DNA of 64,000 nucleotides from Octopus sinensis. Its lineage: Eukaryota. This document shows positions 28,125-41,853 of the stretch, piece after piece (the stretch's first letter is position 1; each line of letters begins with the position of its first letter). The notes beneath the pieces were generated by a model, which made no database searches, was not told the origin of the DNA, and saw only the letters and a list, made by a program, of their open reading frames with translations. The position numbers were made by a program, and so were the translations under genes. The stretch is from positions 19,096,001 through 19,160,000 of the forward strand of contig NC_043012.1 of NCBI RefSeq assembly GCF_006345805.1, given 5' to 3'.

Positions 28125-28325
28125 TCAAGAATAGACATATCGACAACTTACATGTCACAGACAGATGTAGCACATGAAGACACACACAAACATACCCACA
28201 CGCATAAAAACATACAGATATACACACAAAACAAAAATAAAGAAACAATTGGACAAAGATAACACTACGCAATATATGTATACACACACACACACACACA
28301 CACACCACACATATATATATATATA

Positions 28326-28378
<53 letters not shown>

Positions 28379-28994
28379 GAACATATTAGAAACACTAAAT
28401 TCCAAGGAATAATATGAAATCCGAACGCTGGCAAGTATGACAATTATAAACGTGATTGTTTAATAGTAGCAATGGGGAATACAACAATAGATCTTCTAAA
28501 CCAGCCAAAGCATATCTTTACGATCGATGTTTGCAATGCAATATTCTCCACAACAAGCAGTAATAGAATCTTGGCCACCAAAATCGTTATGTAAACGGAG
28601 ATTTACAACGATTTGACAAAGTTAAAAGAAATATTAATTACATCAGTTATGTTTGTAAAAATCAAAAAGTGCTGTACCCGCATTTTTTTCTTGTACGCAT
28701 ACATGGAAATAAAATATAAAACAGGATAGGCAATATGCGCAGTATAGGCAATAAGCGAATATCTTTTATGAAAGAAATTATTCACCAAGAGACATTTTAA
28801 AAAGAGTCACAAAAACCTGTTACATAACGAAAAATAACGAAAATCAAAGAACACACAAATGATTCGACGTTATAAAATGAATAATGACTATTTGAACAAA
28901 TTTGTGATCGAGTTCCAGCCACAAACACGCTCATCAAGAAGTTCTTAAAATCTTTAAACAACTGCAGAAATACTGCTAATGAAAACTGAAGAAT

Positions 28995-29341
28995 AGGCGC
29001 AGACAGGACTGTGTTGTAAGAAGCGTGTTTCCCAACCACATGATTTGGGGTTCATTCCCACTGCGTGGAAGTTGTCTTCTACTGTAACCCTGGGCCGTTC
29101 AAAGCCTTGAGATAGGATTTAACAGATAGACACTGAAAGAAGACCGTCCTATTTGTGAGTGTGAGTGTGTGTGTGTGCTTGTGTGTGTGCTTGCGTGTCT
29201 GTTTAAATCAAGCAGTAACCAGTGCAAGTTCACTGCTTGCCTTTTGGCCAACTTACAAAAGTCAAAAACGTAAAATTTGGGGCAACTGCTTTCTTCTACA
29301 GCCTGGCAGACCAAGCCTTGTGGAAACTGAAAAAAACATTG

Positions 29342-29372
<31 letters not shown>

Positions 29373-29431
29373 ATATATATATATATATATAATTATATAT
29401 ATAATATATATTATATATATATATATATAAT

Positions 29432-29514
<83 letters not shown>

Positions 29515-29530
29515 CGTATATATATATATA

Positions 29531-29581
<51 letters not shown>

Positions 29582-29732
29582 CTATGTATCTATGTATCTA
29601 TGGTTTGATTATGCTTATTCCCACCACCACCGCTTGACAACCATTGTTAATGTGTTTCAAACGTGTAACTTAGCGCTTCAGGAATGTGATCGAAAGGAAA
29701 CTGAAAAAAACATTGTATATATATATATATAT

Positions 29733-29797
<65 letters not shown>

Positions 29798-29874
29798 TAA
29801 ATATATATATATATATGTATATATATAGATATATATATATATATATATATATATACGTATATATATATATATAC

Positions 29875-29918
<44 letters not shown>

Positions 29919-30140
29919 CTATGTATCTATGTATCTATGGTTTGATTATGCTTATTCCCACCACCACCGCTTGACAACCATTGTTAATGTGTTTCAAACG
30001 TGTAACTTAGCGCTTCAGGAATAGTGATCGAAAAAATAAGTGCCAGGTTTAAAAAATAAGTACTGGGTTCAATTCATTCGAGTAAAATCTCAAGTCGGTT
30101 CTCCTACATAGACGCAGTCTAATGACTGCAACAAATATAA
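28995..30140 (+). mobile_element. Cluster of SINE family B copies with an internal ~370-bp tandem duplication
   Basis: A head starts at 28995 (GGCGCAGACAGGACTGTGTTGTAAG) and a second body from ~29275. The unit GGAAACTGAAAAAAACATTG-(TA)n-...CAGGAAT(A)GTGATCGAAA occurs at 29322 and again at 29696. The tail GCAGTCTAATGACTGCAACAAA is near 30115-30136. Confidence 0.82.
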
Positions 30141-30333
30141 GATTCAAGGTAAACAAGGTATAAAACTATATCTCAAGTACTCGTGTGTTCACTGAAGAGA
30201 AAACACGCACCAATTAATTGTCCGTCTTTAATAACCAATTACTTCATAAAAGAAATATAGCGGGAGATTGTAGGAGGATCAACGAAAGACATGGTTTTAC
30301 TCTCAGAAGGGCTTCCATAAAAAGAGAATACCG

Positions 30334-30460
30334 TTTATAATCCCGACAGGATGAAAGGCAAAGTGGGCATCGGCAGAATTTGAACTCAGAAGTTAATAAC
30401 AGACGAAATGCCGCTAATCATTACTGCCCGGCGTGTGAACGATCCTGCCTGCTCGCCGTC
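30334..30460 (-). mobile_element. SINE family A, partial
   Basis: Reverse complement of the head (GACGGCGAGCAGGCAGGATCG...GAGTTCAAATTCTGCCG...GCCTTTCATCC). Confidence 0.8.
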
Positions 30461-30490
30461 ATAGAACAAACATTAATATTAACGTGCTTT

Positions 30491-30706
30491 AAGGCGGCGA
30501 GATGGCAAAATAGTTATTACCCCGGGCAAAATATTTTGCGGCATTTCGTCTCTCCCTACGTTCTGAGTTCAAATCCCGCCGAGGGCGAATTTACCTTTCA
30601 TCCTTCCGGGACTTGACAATTTAGGTGCTAGTTGAACACTGACGTTGTTGCAATCGACTAGCATCCTTCCCCAAAATTCCCTGCCTCGTGCCAAGTATTT
30701 GAAACC
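30491..30706 (+). mobile_element. SINE family A with TSD (third tail type)
   Basis: AAGGCGGCGAGATGGC...GAGTTCAAATCCCGCCGAGG...CCTCGTGCCAAGTATTTGAAACC. TSD AATATTAACGT at 30475-30485 and 30707-30717. Confidence 0.85.
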
Positions 30707-30869
30707 AATATTAACGTTGTTTATCAGCATATGCTGCAAACACAAACAACATACGGAATCTGTAACAAAATGTAAACCTGTCTTGAAATGAGATGTAATT
30801 TAAAGAAGTTCTCCATCTGTATCTCTCAATCTCTTTGTCTATTTACTGGATAGCATGAAACCTTCAACA

Positions 30870-31280
30870 AATATGTTGGACCGCACCAACCTAGTTACAG
30901 TGTGTTATAGTAGGGCAATCACAAATATATGGACTGCCTAAAGTCGGTAATGGAAAACAAGAAACAGGACAGAGATTGAAGAATTGCATTCGATTGAAGA
31001 ATAATGCTCCAAGTCAAACTTGAAATTAAGAAAAAATTTTAACTGTAATTTGCTTCTAGATCAAACACCAGATAACAATATAATTTCAGACTATGGAGTG
31101 GAGAGGCAAATGAATGACAGAGATACAGACAAATTATAAAAACACAGACAGCATAATTAAAATAATAAAAAAAGCAAGAAAACCTCAGAAGCAACTTAGG
31201 TGTCTGGAACATAGTAATTCAGCTTGGTCATAATCCAGAGATACCAGGTTTATCAGGGCACTGGATGATCCATTTTGTGG
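30870..31280 (+). mobile_element. Possible very old R4/Dong-type LINE C-terminal remnant
   Basis: Fragments resembling RHN.V, YGLP, I..D..TDK and IP..I.AL occur in the expected order, with many frameshifts. Confidence 0.3.
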
Positions 31281-31750
31281 AGAATTTAATATATGAAATC
31301 TGCATAAATTTTAAAATGTTACTATATTCCTTGTAACGAAGATACACGTTATATTTTTAAACATATTAAATGATAACTGCTATTTCAATAACGGCATCAT
31401 GAAGGAAATAATAGACACGGAGGCATACGTAGAAGTTAACACACACGTAAGAACGTACGCACGCTCATAAATACGCATAAACACACAGACACACACACAC
31501 ACACACACACAGATATACGTGCACACACGACCAAATTTATATTGAAAAAGAATATTTGATAAAACGGAAGCTAGAGAAATCAATACCTGAAGTAGAGTGC
31601 TTATAATACTTTATTACAGCTGAAAAGTATCATGATTCACTGAGTATACGATCATCAAGTAATAATAAGGATGATGGTGGTGATAATGGTGATGATGATG
31701 ACGATAACAAACACTCTCTGAGTCACTCTCTCTCTCTCTCTCTCTGTATA

Positions 31751-31781
<31 letters not shown>

Positions 31782-31817
31782 GTGTATATATATAGACACC
31801 TTTTATGAATACATATG

Positions 31818-31861
<44 letters not shown>

Positions 31862-32148
31862 GTTTTACTCTTTATCTTATATTAAACTTTTAATAGTTTT
31901 TGATAGTTATATTTAAAATAAAAATTAAAATAATAATAATAATAAAAGTAAAAATAATATACAAAATATATATATATATAAATTTATAAGTATTAATTAT
32001 TAATTTAGATAATTTTTTAAATTCTAACTTTAAATTTAAAAAGTTTAAATTTTGAATTTTATATATTTTGTATTTTATATCAATTTTATTTCTATGTATT
32101 GATTAATGTTTCACTGTTGGATTTGTCTAATAGTGGTTATATCTCTAA

Positions 32149-32245
<97 letters not shown>

Positions 32246-32272
32246 ATATATAACATGCATATATACATACAC

Positions 32273-32332
<60 letters not shown>

Positions 32333-32636
32333 CTACAAATGGCATTATTATCAATATAATCATTATTATGTTATATTATTATTATTATTATTATTACTAT
32401 TATTATTATGATTTGTAACACTTGCGTCTTGAATGAGTGAAGAGGTTTCTTGGCTGTACAGAAATAATTTAGCACGGTAAGATATGCAATTTGTCCAACA
32501 TCACACAGTATGGTGACGAATGCACATAATTGTGTTTGCATTTGCCTGTGAGTATGCTTCTCTTCATCAAGTTGTACTGAAACACAATGTTTCAAGCCAT
32601 TTGTATGCGTGTGTAATATCGTACAAATATATTTGT

Positions 32637-33011
<375 letters not shown>

Positions 33012-34379
33012 GTGTGTGTGTTGATAGATAGAGATATATAGATATGTATAATCACACATATATACGTGAATAAGTACACATGCTCATGCACATAAGTATA
33101 CAATATACGCATACACATGATTTGTTCATGTTACGATATACGTATGTATGCGTCATTCTGATGTGTGTCATTTTATGTGTTCATGCTCCTTTCCGTTTTC
33201 ATATTTACTAATTCCAGCACATATTTTACGTTGCCCCCTTTTAATGAATTCTGCAATGTTTTTTCCACGATGATAAAATTAGAAGCCATCAACTTTAGTC
33301 ACCGTGGTTTCCAGGAAGCATACCATTATACACCATATCTCCTAGGCTGAATACCTCCTCCTGCATTATATATTACATTAAACACACGAATGAAGACCTG
33401 CGAATTTTTCCTCTCCACATATCCATGCAAAAAGGATATCAAGGAATATCTATGCACAATAGATGTCGACAAATATCGTCTCTTGTTTTTTTTTTCTTTC
33501 TGTGACAACGCTGAAAAGCGCAAAGCTAAAACGGAAGTAAAATTATTCTTGAAGGCGGCGGGTCATTAATGACTTCTCACTGGAAACTAACAGAAGAGTA
33601 AAATGAAGCAGAATATATTAAGCTATGCCAGAATATTCGTTGTTGGGAAGAGATAGTCTCTGTTTGTATCATGCCCGAGGTAATATATTTTCTTATTCAA
33701 AAATATATATATTTCCAAGAACAACATAACACCTACAAACACCAGGCCGTGAGGCTGCATTAGGAAATAAAAGCGAAAAAAGTTCATATATAGGCAAACG
33801 CTAAGTGTGTTATCTAAGTGAGAAAAGGCTATATCAGGCACATAAGAAAAAAAACACAAAGACAAATCAAGAAGATCAAGTGTTAATCGGCCAAGCGTTT
33901 TTCTCAAGAATGAGATTAATCGAGATGTCACATGAATCCACTAACTCTCAACGAAAGTGATGAAAATAACCTACAGGAAAATGATCAAGAAGTAGAGATA
34001 ACCAAACTCTGTAATCTGATAAATTAAAATATTGCTCTGGAAAGAGGTGTTCAGTAAAGGACGAAAAATTATTCTATACGTATACATTTAGATAACAACG
34101 TTAGAAATATATAATTATGTTGACAAATGGCTCTAGAATGCCAGAATGAACCGTACAGCCACACACACATACATATAGAAGAGGATGTATATGTATGCAT
34201 GTATATAGTGTATATTCGTATCACAGAAATAAAAAAAAATGTGTTGGCACGAAAAGCTGTAAACACCTAATGCATTCAGTTAAATGAAAACCTAAATAAC
34301 TGCTAACAGCTCTGATGCAATATCAGGGAGTGGTTTTCATAGATTCTGATCCTAACTGATCGGCAGTTTTAATATGTAC

Positions 34380-34880
34380 ATGCTTTGTCTTGGTATTAAG
34401 ATGTGTTACAGGATATATTCTGTTTAATACCACACATTCGCTTGCCAGTTGCCTGATCCTAATCATTGGAGCATGTCCCTTAGTTGCTGACGGTATGCAC
34501 ATGTCCAATCATGAGTAGTGAGGGATCACTATAGTCATGCATTGAAAAAGATGTGTGAGGTTTTGTGTAATTCACCGGTGAAAACATGGATATTTCGTTC
34601 ATGATCCTCAGACAATCCTTATCGAAGTATGGAACTACTCGATACGCGGGATGGACTAATCGATATGGAAAAAAAAATTGATTTCACCTGCAAGGTCATG
34701 CGCTGCTTATCATGATCAGAGATCAATAACCATGCGTTGCTCATATGTTTGTGATTCACGTGCCTGGTGTACTCTTATTAGACAGGTAGTTATGATGGGC
34801 ATATTGGCCTGTGTATATTTGTACCCCATTGTCACTTTGATGGCATGCGTTGCACGTTCACTCAATAAGAATAACAATGA
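34380..34880 (+). repeat. Interspersed repeat, probably a retroposon 3' region ending in an (AAT)-like tail
   Basis: Non-simple, moderately GC-richer block ending GTCACTTTGATGGCATGCG...CACTCAATAAGAATAAC, followed by (GAT)n. The family was not identified. Confidence 0.35.
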
Positions 34881-35167
34881 AAATAGAAGTGATGTTGATG
34901 ATGGAGATGATAATGATGATGAGGAGGAGGACGACGACGACAATGATGGTGATGATGGTGATGAGATGATGATAATGACGATGATTCCTGAGAAAAACTT
35001 TGTAAACTTGATCCTATCCCGTTTCTTCTAAACCTTTCAAAATTGCAAAACACTTGTTCAGAGCAAAAACCTTAATATAGAATTGATACAAAAAGATTGC
35101 ATCCGTAGTTAAATGTCCAGCTTGCCGTATGTTGGTCGTCTCTCTTACATTTCGAATATCTCGTATA

Positions 35168-35215
35168 AAACAACAACAAAAGCAGCAGCAGCAACAGCAA
35201 CAATAACAACAATGA

Positions 35216-35255
<40 letters not shown>

Positions 35256-35281
35256 GCTACTACTACTACTACTACTACTAC

Positions 35282-35320
<39 letters not shown>

Positions 35321-35340
35321 TAATAGTAATAATGATAATA
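35168..35340. repeat. Compound trinucleotide microsatellite (CAA/GCA)(CTA)n(ATA)n
   Basis: Seen directly. It explains the poly-L/I/S/V ORFs at 35072-35385. Confidence 0.95.
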
Positions 35341-36859
35341 CCTATAATTTGCGTCATGCTGAAGGAATCGACTCAGATAAGATGACAATGCTAAGTGCAT
35401 GTGACAGAGGTTTTAATGCTTTTCTTGCTTTGTGAGAAAAATGCGATTTCTTTGGTGTTAGTAGTCATAGTAGCAGTGGTGGTAGTGACGAGATTGCTCG
35501 ACGCCAATTACGCAAAATCACCTGCCATATCTTAAACTTTCATTCCACAACAATTAATAGCTTGCTCTCAACTGCAACTACGCCCAAACACCGCAGCGAT
35601 TACCACCTCCATCTGTGAATAGCCTAACAAGCATCATCAGTAAATACCTTTTTCGAAGTTGTCTGTATGTCAGTCTATCTCTCTTATAATCATCGCAATA
35701 ACTTACTATAGTTTTCAGTGAATGTGTACGTCTAAGTGTTTGTGTCGTGTGTGTGTATGTTTGTGGACAGCTGGAATCCTAAGACAAACTGTATAAACCT
35801 GAAAATATTTGCATGCTTGAAAATCTTGCAAAATTGCAAACATAGGAAGGTTATCTTCTCAAATAGGTCACATAGAAGGTTCTTCGGAATATTTGAATGC
35901 TTTGACATCGTTGAAAATCGCAAGCAGAGAAAGGTTATTTTTTTCAAATATGTTTCAGAGGAGATTCCATATTTCGTAATCGAAACATTTACCAGACTAC
36001 CTCATTAGTGTCTTATGCTTCATTTTGGTATGATACCGCTTCTTAGTAAGTCCATCCTCTTTCTTGTTAGTTGGCAATGTGAGGTTTCGAGTGTTTTAAA
36101 GAACATAACAATGGTTATTGCGAGAGAGTAAATATGAAAGGTGTTATAAAGAAATATAGAATGATCTTTTATGAAGAAATATATAATGATCTTTTATGAA
36201 GAAATATAATTGTAAACGCAAACGAAACCACCCATCCATTTAAATCGCTGCTTTAAAATATTTAAAGCAGGTATACAAGTCATATTATATGAGAAAAAGT
36301 TTTGGGCGTTTTCATATAGCATCACTTTATTGGCTAAATCAGTTGCGTTTACAAGATACGGCATGAATCAAAGACAGAACATCTCGGATACCTGTTAATA
36401 TTGTTTCGCACATCAGCGCTGAGCGCAGACTCTGACTCGTATCTCTCAAACCACTATTGATGTACCTACGCAGGCAACGTGCAACCCAACTGAAACATTC
36501 AAAGGAAAACAAAGTAGTGAAATTGAAGCACGTATGAAGAAGTGGAACAATATTTGTTATATTTGCTAGATACTTACATACAAACATACACACATATATA
36601 AATGTTTATGTATGCGTTTTTGTGTGCGCCTCTGTGTGTATGTGTGTGCGCGCGTGAGTGCGTAGGCATGTATTACATGCTCACTTGCCAAAGTTGCCGC
36701 GCAGGGGAACTGAGAGAAAATCTCGAATTTGCAATCTACACATTAAAAATATTTAATCTTTCTAGCAATCTTATTAACGACGTAATGGCATAAAGTAACT
36801 TGTCTAGGTGTAGAACCGCTGTACTGAAAATCAGTGAAGCGCGAAGCGTGACTTTACGT

Positions 36860-37197
36860 TCACACACAAGCAGACCGGCCGTTGTGAGTGCTTATTGTGA
36901 GTGCTTATTGAGCGAAAACACCCAAAAGCTGTACGACGGAGTGGTGGCGAACCCTGCTCTACTTTTCATCACAACTATTCACCACAACTCTCACTCTTTC
37001 TTCGTGTTTCTGGTGTACCTGTTTCTCAAAAAGGCCAGCCCTGTCACAATCTGTGTCACGCTGAATCCCCCTGAAAAACAACGTTAAATGTACATATGTC
37101 TGTGCAGTGCTCAGCCACATGCACGTTAATTCCACGAGCAGGCTGTTCCTTTGAGGGATGATCCGAAACCCTCGTCGTCGTAACCGTCGGAGCCGCA
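36860..37197 (+). mobile_element. SINE-like interspersed repeat
   Basis: GC-richer block with TGGCGAACCCTGCT...TGTCACGCTGAATCCCC...GTGCTCAGCCACATGCACGTTAATTCCACGAGCAGGCTG...CCCTCGTCGTCGTAACCG. Recognised by eye as a cephalopod-type retroposon. Confidence 0.5.
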
Positions 37198-37670
37198 GGA
37201 AACTTTATGATTGAAAGATCTTCTTCACGTCAGATATCAGTGTATATTTATGCGTATATGTATGTATGGATGCATAGCTGGTTGTCTTTTATTTGACACT
37301 GTTCCAACGTTATTGTTTAATTACCACGGCAACGCAACACAAGAGGACAGTTTTCAAATGAACAATGGCATGCAATGAAAGTCTACGTTAACTACCACTA
37401 TTTTATTGTCGTTTATCATGTTGTATTTTTAAGCGCTTGGATTAATTTAGCAAGATTCCATCATTATTTTTATGGCGGTCACGTGACATAATATAGACTG
37501 TTTCATCTGACTTTAGATGTACGAACGATTTTTAATATGCAAACTATACAGATGGATGGGCGGAGGGATTGAATTTTCTAAACATAGGTTGCGAAGTGGA
37601 ACTGAAACAAAGAGAAAAAATTCCAAAAAAGAAAAAAAAACGCCGACGCAAGAAATGGAATATATATACA

Positions 37671-37781
<111 letters not shown>

Positions 37782-38102
37782 TATATATATATATATAATA
37801 TATATATATATTCTTTATTCCTACATTGTCTTACTTGATTCATACATGCATACGTACACACGTACATACATACATAGATACATGACTGTTTTTTTTATGT
37901 TTTGATTAAAAGAATTTCAATGATTACTCAATACTTTTGGCAAAGTACAATTTTATTACTTTTAACAATAGGATAGTCATTTACCCCAGCTAAGTCAAAA
38001 TGGGTTTCATTATCGTTTTCGTGGCCATCACACCGAAATCATTGTCAACACAAGTTTTGTTGAAGAATAACACATATGTGCACAGTCACACACATATATA
38101 CG

Positions 38103-38160
<58 letters not shown>

Positions 38161-38429
38161 CACTGTTTCGTTCTTCTTCCGTTTTTTATATATATATATA
38201 TGTGTGTGTGTGTATACACACACACACACTATCTCCCTGATCATAAGTCTCGATATGAAGCTCAATGAAACTAGATGTAAATCAATATATGTCGGCAGCA
38301 ACTTTTTTTTATGTATGCTACACTCTATAAAACAGTACCTTGTTCTCCATATTTAGAAAATTACACGTTATAGGAAAAGATACATGTATGTGTATATATA
38401 TATATAAATACATACATATATATAAATAC

Positions 38430-38632
38430 AAAAAAAAATGGGACAAACCATCTAAGAGGTGAAACAAGAAAAAGTAAAACAAAATATCCAGACAGACTAT
38501 ACAAGGAAAACAAAGACGGATCATTCGGAGTCCCCCCACCAGTCGAGTTCTAGATTATCTTTGCAAGGAAAAATAAGTTAAGGTCATTACAATCCTTGGA
38601 AGAAAGCAGCGAATGTATACGAAACAAGGAAT

Positions 38633-38635
<3 letters not shown>
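38430..38635. repeat. Short interspersed repeat embedded in (TA)n
   Basis: A ~200-bp non-simple block flanked by TA-rich tracts on both sides, with the same purine/pyrimidine-skewed style as the pLTR-like elements. No ribozyme core was seen in this copy. Confidence 0.45.
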
Positions 38636-38712
<77 letters not shown>

Positions 38713-38784
38713 TGTGTGTGATGGTGTGTATGTGTATATGTATGTGTGGTATGCATATATATATAAAACAGGTTTATATATATA

Positions 38785-39024
38785 TGTGCCGGTGGCATCT
38801 AAAAAGCACCATCCGAACCTGGCCGATGCCAGCGCCGCATTGCCTGGCTTCCGTGCCGGTGACACGTAAAAAGCACTCACTACACTCATGGAGAGGCATC
38901 CAGCTGTAGAAACACTGCAAGATCAGACTGGAGCCTGGTGCAGCCTTATGGCTTTCCAGATCCCCAGTCGAACCGTCCAACCCATGCTAGCATAGAGAAC
39001 GGACGTTATACAATGATGATAATG
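38785..39024 (+). mobile_element. 3' part of a Meta-domain-type SINE/retroposon
   Basis: Repeated GTGCCGGTG(G/A)CA..TAAAAAGCAC, then GGCATCCAGCTGTAGAAAC, ending CCAACCCATGCTAGCAT...CGGACGTTATACAATGATGATAATG. Confidence 0.65.
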
Positions 39025-39044
39025 TGCATATGTATATAGGTATT

Positions 39045-39478
39045 CTTCACTTGTTTTCTGTTATTCATTTTATCAATTATGTAACTGTCGCTGGGCTAGA
39101 GCACCGCCTTTAGTCGAAGAACTCGTCCCCTGGGCTTATATTTCTGTAAGCCTACTACTTATTCTACTTATTAGCCGAACCGCTAAGTTACGGGGACGTA
39201 AACACACCACACGTCGGTTGATAAGCAATAGTAGGAGGCACAACAAGAACACACAGATACATGCATAAACACACAGAAAAACACACAACACACCACACAC
39301 ACACACACATATGCACTACAGACGTCGTTCAGTTTCTATCTACCAAGTCCACTCACAATTTTCTGGTCGGTCTGAAGCTATACTAGAAGACACTCCTTGA
39401 AGATGCCACGCAGTGCGATTAAACCCAGAACCATGTGGTTGCGAAGCAAGATTCTTACCACACAGCCATTGCTGCGCA
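39045..39478 (-). mobile_element. SINE family B
   Basis: Reverse-complement head TGCGCAGCAATGGCTGTGTGGTAAG...GGTTCTGGGTTTAATC and tail CGACTAAAGGCGGTGCTCTAGC, with an internal (CA)n tract. Confidence 0.85.
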
Positions 39479-39504
39479 CATATATACACATACGAATATA
39501 TGTG

Positions 39505-39537
<33 letters not shown>

Positions 39538-41329
39538 GGAGAGAGGGAGAGAGAGAGGGAGAGAGGGAGGGAGATAGGGAGGGAGATAGGGAGAGAGGGA
39601 GAGGGAGAGAGATTGATAGATAGATATACATATTCATACACGTTTATACGTGTAAATATATTGGTGCCATTAAATGTACAGGTGTCTACATGCAATTTAC
39701 CTCTTGTTAGCTGTGTTCCTATAAAAATGTGCGTATCTTGGAGTTGATAGTATGACAATAGATCCATGTGTTTCATCATCATTAATTTGATGTTGCATGA
39801 TCTTACGAACAGAAAGGTTTGTATAGCTGAATACCTCTGGATTTTTTCTCTAGAGATTCGCAGCAAGCCTTTTATGGAATAACAAGCGCTTTTTGTATGA
39901 AACAGTTAATATTAGCATTATCATGCTATGAAACGTGGCGGAGCACTTGCAAAAATATGAGCTAACAACGTGCAATGAAAATGTTTAATTGGTATTCACT
40001 CAGAAGCACACTTGATGGTTACATGTAAAATGTTCAAACTTAAGTCTCCAAACACAAAACCGACATTCACTTACCCCAACACTTGTGTACATGTATGATT
40101 CTAAATGAATCGTGCACCTGAACTAGCGTACGGAAGCTAGCTAGAGGTATGTAGTACATGATAGCTGTTTATTATAACTTAAATAATTTAAATAATGAAT
40201 CCTATTTTTTACCATTGGTATTTCAGTCGATTTTTCCTATCAGCTGGTTGAACGAAACCTAGAGCCTAAATATGTATTCCAGTATTTATTATATATACAC
40301 CCAACACTCACGCACAGACACATGTCGCCGCTATATAGGTCATGAGTGTGTCTGCTCGCCAGTTGCATTATATTCAAACCTAGAGGTTAAAACCTTTGGA
40401 AATCTAGAACTGTCATCCTCAGATGATGGCTTCAGTAGTCGTGGCAAAATTGAAATTAAGCAAGTTATTGTGAAATAAATGTAAAAGTATTATTTCGATA
40501 TGTGGATAGTGGTGATAATTGTTCGAAGTAGCAGAGACCTCGTTAATTTCTCATTAGTCGTAGAGCATGCTTCGTAAATAAGTATCTAAATTCATGAAAT
40601 AAGATATACCACGTGAGATTTATGTGTCTAGTTACCGCACTTGCACCCTGATAAACAAGTGTATACATACATGCATATACGTATGTGTGGAAGTATGCTC
40701 GTATATATGTATGTACGTAATGTATGCGTGTCTGTCTCTATGTACGTATGAACATATGTATCTATGTATGTTTGGTAGGCAGATATGTAGGTTCAGAATC
40801 AAGATACCCCACATAGTACTTTCTTATACATCACTACATAACAATGAGATACAGATGTGGCACAAAATGTATACGAATTATCAATAAGCATGTACACGTG
40901 CAAGAGACTTCTAGCGAAGATAACGATGTTTAGTACATATATAAGTATGCAATACAAAAAGAGAGCGAGAATTTAGCACCGTACATTAAGAGACTGCAAA
41001 ATTATTTATTTGTCTCTGGGTACGAAACTTTGATTTGGATTACTAAATCATTCTTGCATAGGGAAATATAGTATATAATACAGAGTAGTGTTTAATACTC
41101 TACATGTCTTTCTATGCTTTCTATGCTTCAATGTTCTCAGACTGTTTGCCTGTGTATGTCCGTAAGTACGTAAGTATGAATATATGTATGTATGTATATG
41201 TAAACATATATATACATACATATTATATATTATATGTATATATATATATATATTATATATTTATATATATATATATATATATTATATATTAGATATATAT
41301 ATACATACATATATATATATATAGATATA

Positions 41330-41380
<51 letters not shown>

Positions 41381-41432
41381 ATACATACACACACACAACA
41401 CAACATATATTATATAATACATATATATATAT

Positions 41433-41480
41433 ATATAGGACGATGAAGGACAACGATCCTGAAACACGGTGTCCCTAGAT
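41433..41480 (+). ncRNA. Minimal type I hammerhead-ribozyme-like motif (core positions 3-4 mutated) at the start of a ~280-bp GC-rich insert in (TA)n
   Basis: Stem I ATATAGG/CCTAGAT, core ACGATGA, stem II AGGA-CAACGA-TCCT, GAAA, near-palindromic stem III CAC-G-GTG, and cleavage triplet GTC (41471-41473). Confidence 0.65.
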
Positions 41481-41807
41481 GCAGTTCCGGCAGCCGGGGG
41501 TGTTTGTCTCCCCTTCGTATATGTATATAAGGACACAGGGAAAAAATGTGTCAAAGCTATCAGGAGGCGTTCGAGGCGTTCGATGCTTCCTAGGGCTATA
41601 CAGCGGTGGTGTACCCCCTACTGTCACGTTCTTGTTAGATTGACAGTATACAACCATTCTATCGCCCCACCACCGTACATGTCTCTACGAGAGATTTAGA
41701 AATTCAATATTTCTTATATATATATATATATATATATACATATGTATATCTATATCAATGTATATACAGAGACAAATTACAGGCAGATGGAAAGACACAT
41801 ATACATA

Positions 41808-41853
<46 letters not shown>

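Noticed and set aside
27723-28262. 179-aa ORF (and the similar ORF at 3921-4235)
   Set aside because: These read through the antisense strand of SINE family A plus simple repeats, with no protein motif.
36149-36210. ~25-bp tandem repeat (AAGAAATATA..ATGATCTTTT.ATG)
   Set aside because: An ordinary slippage duplication of about 2.5 units.
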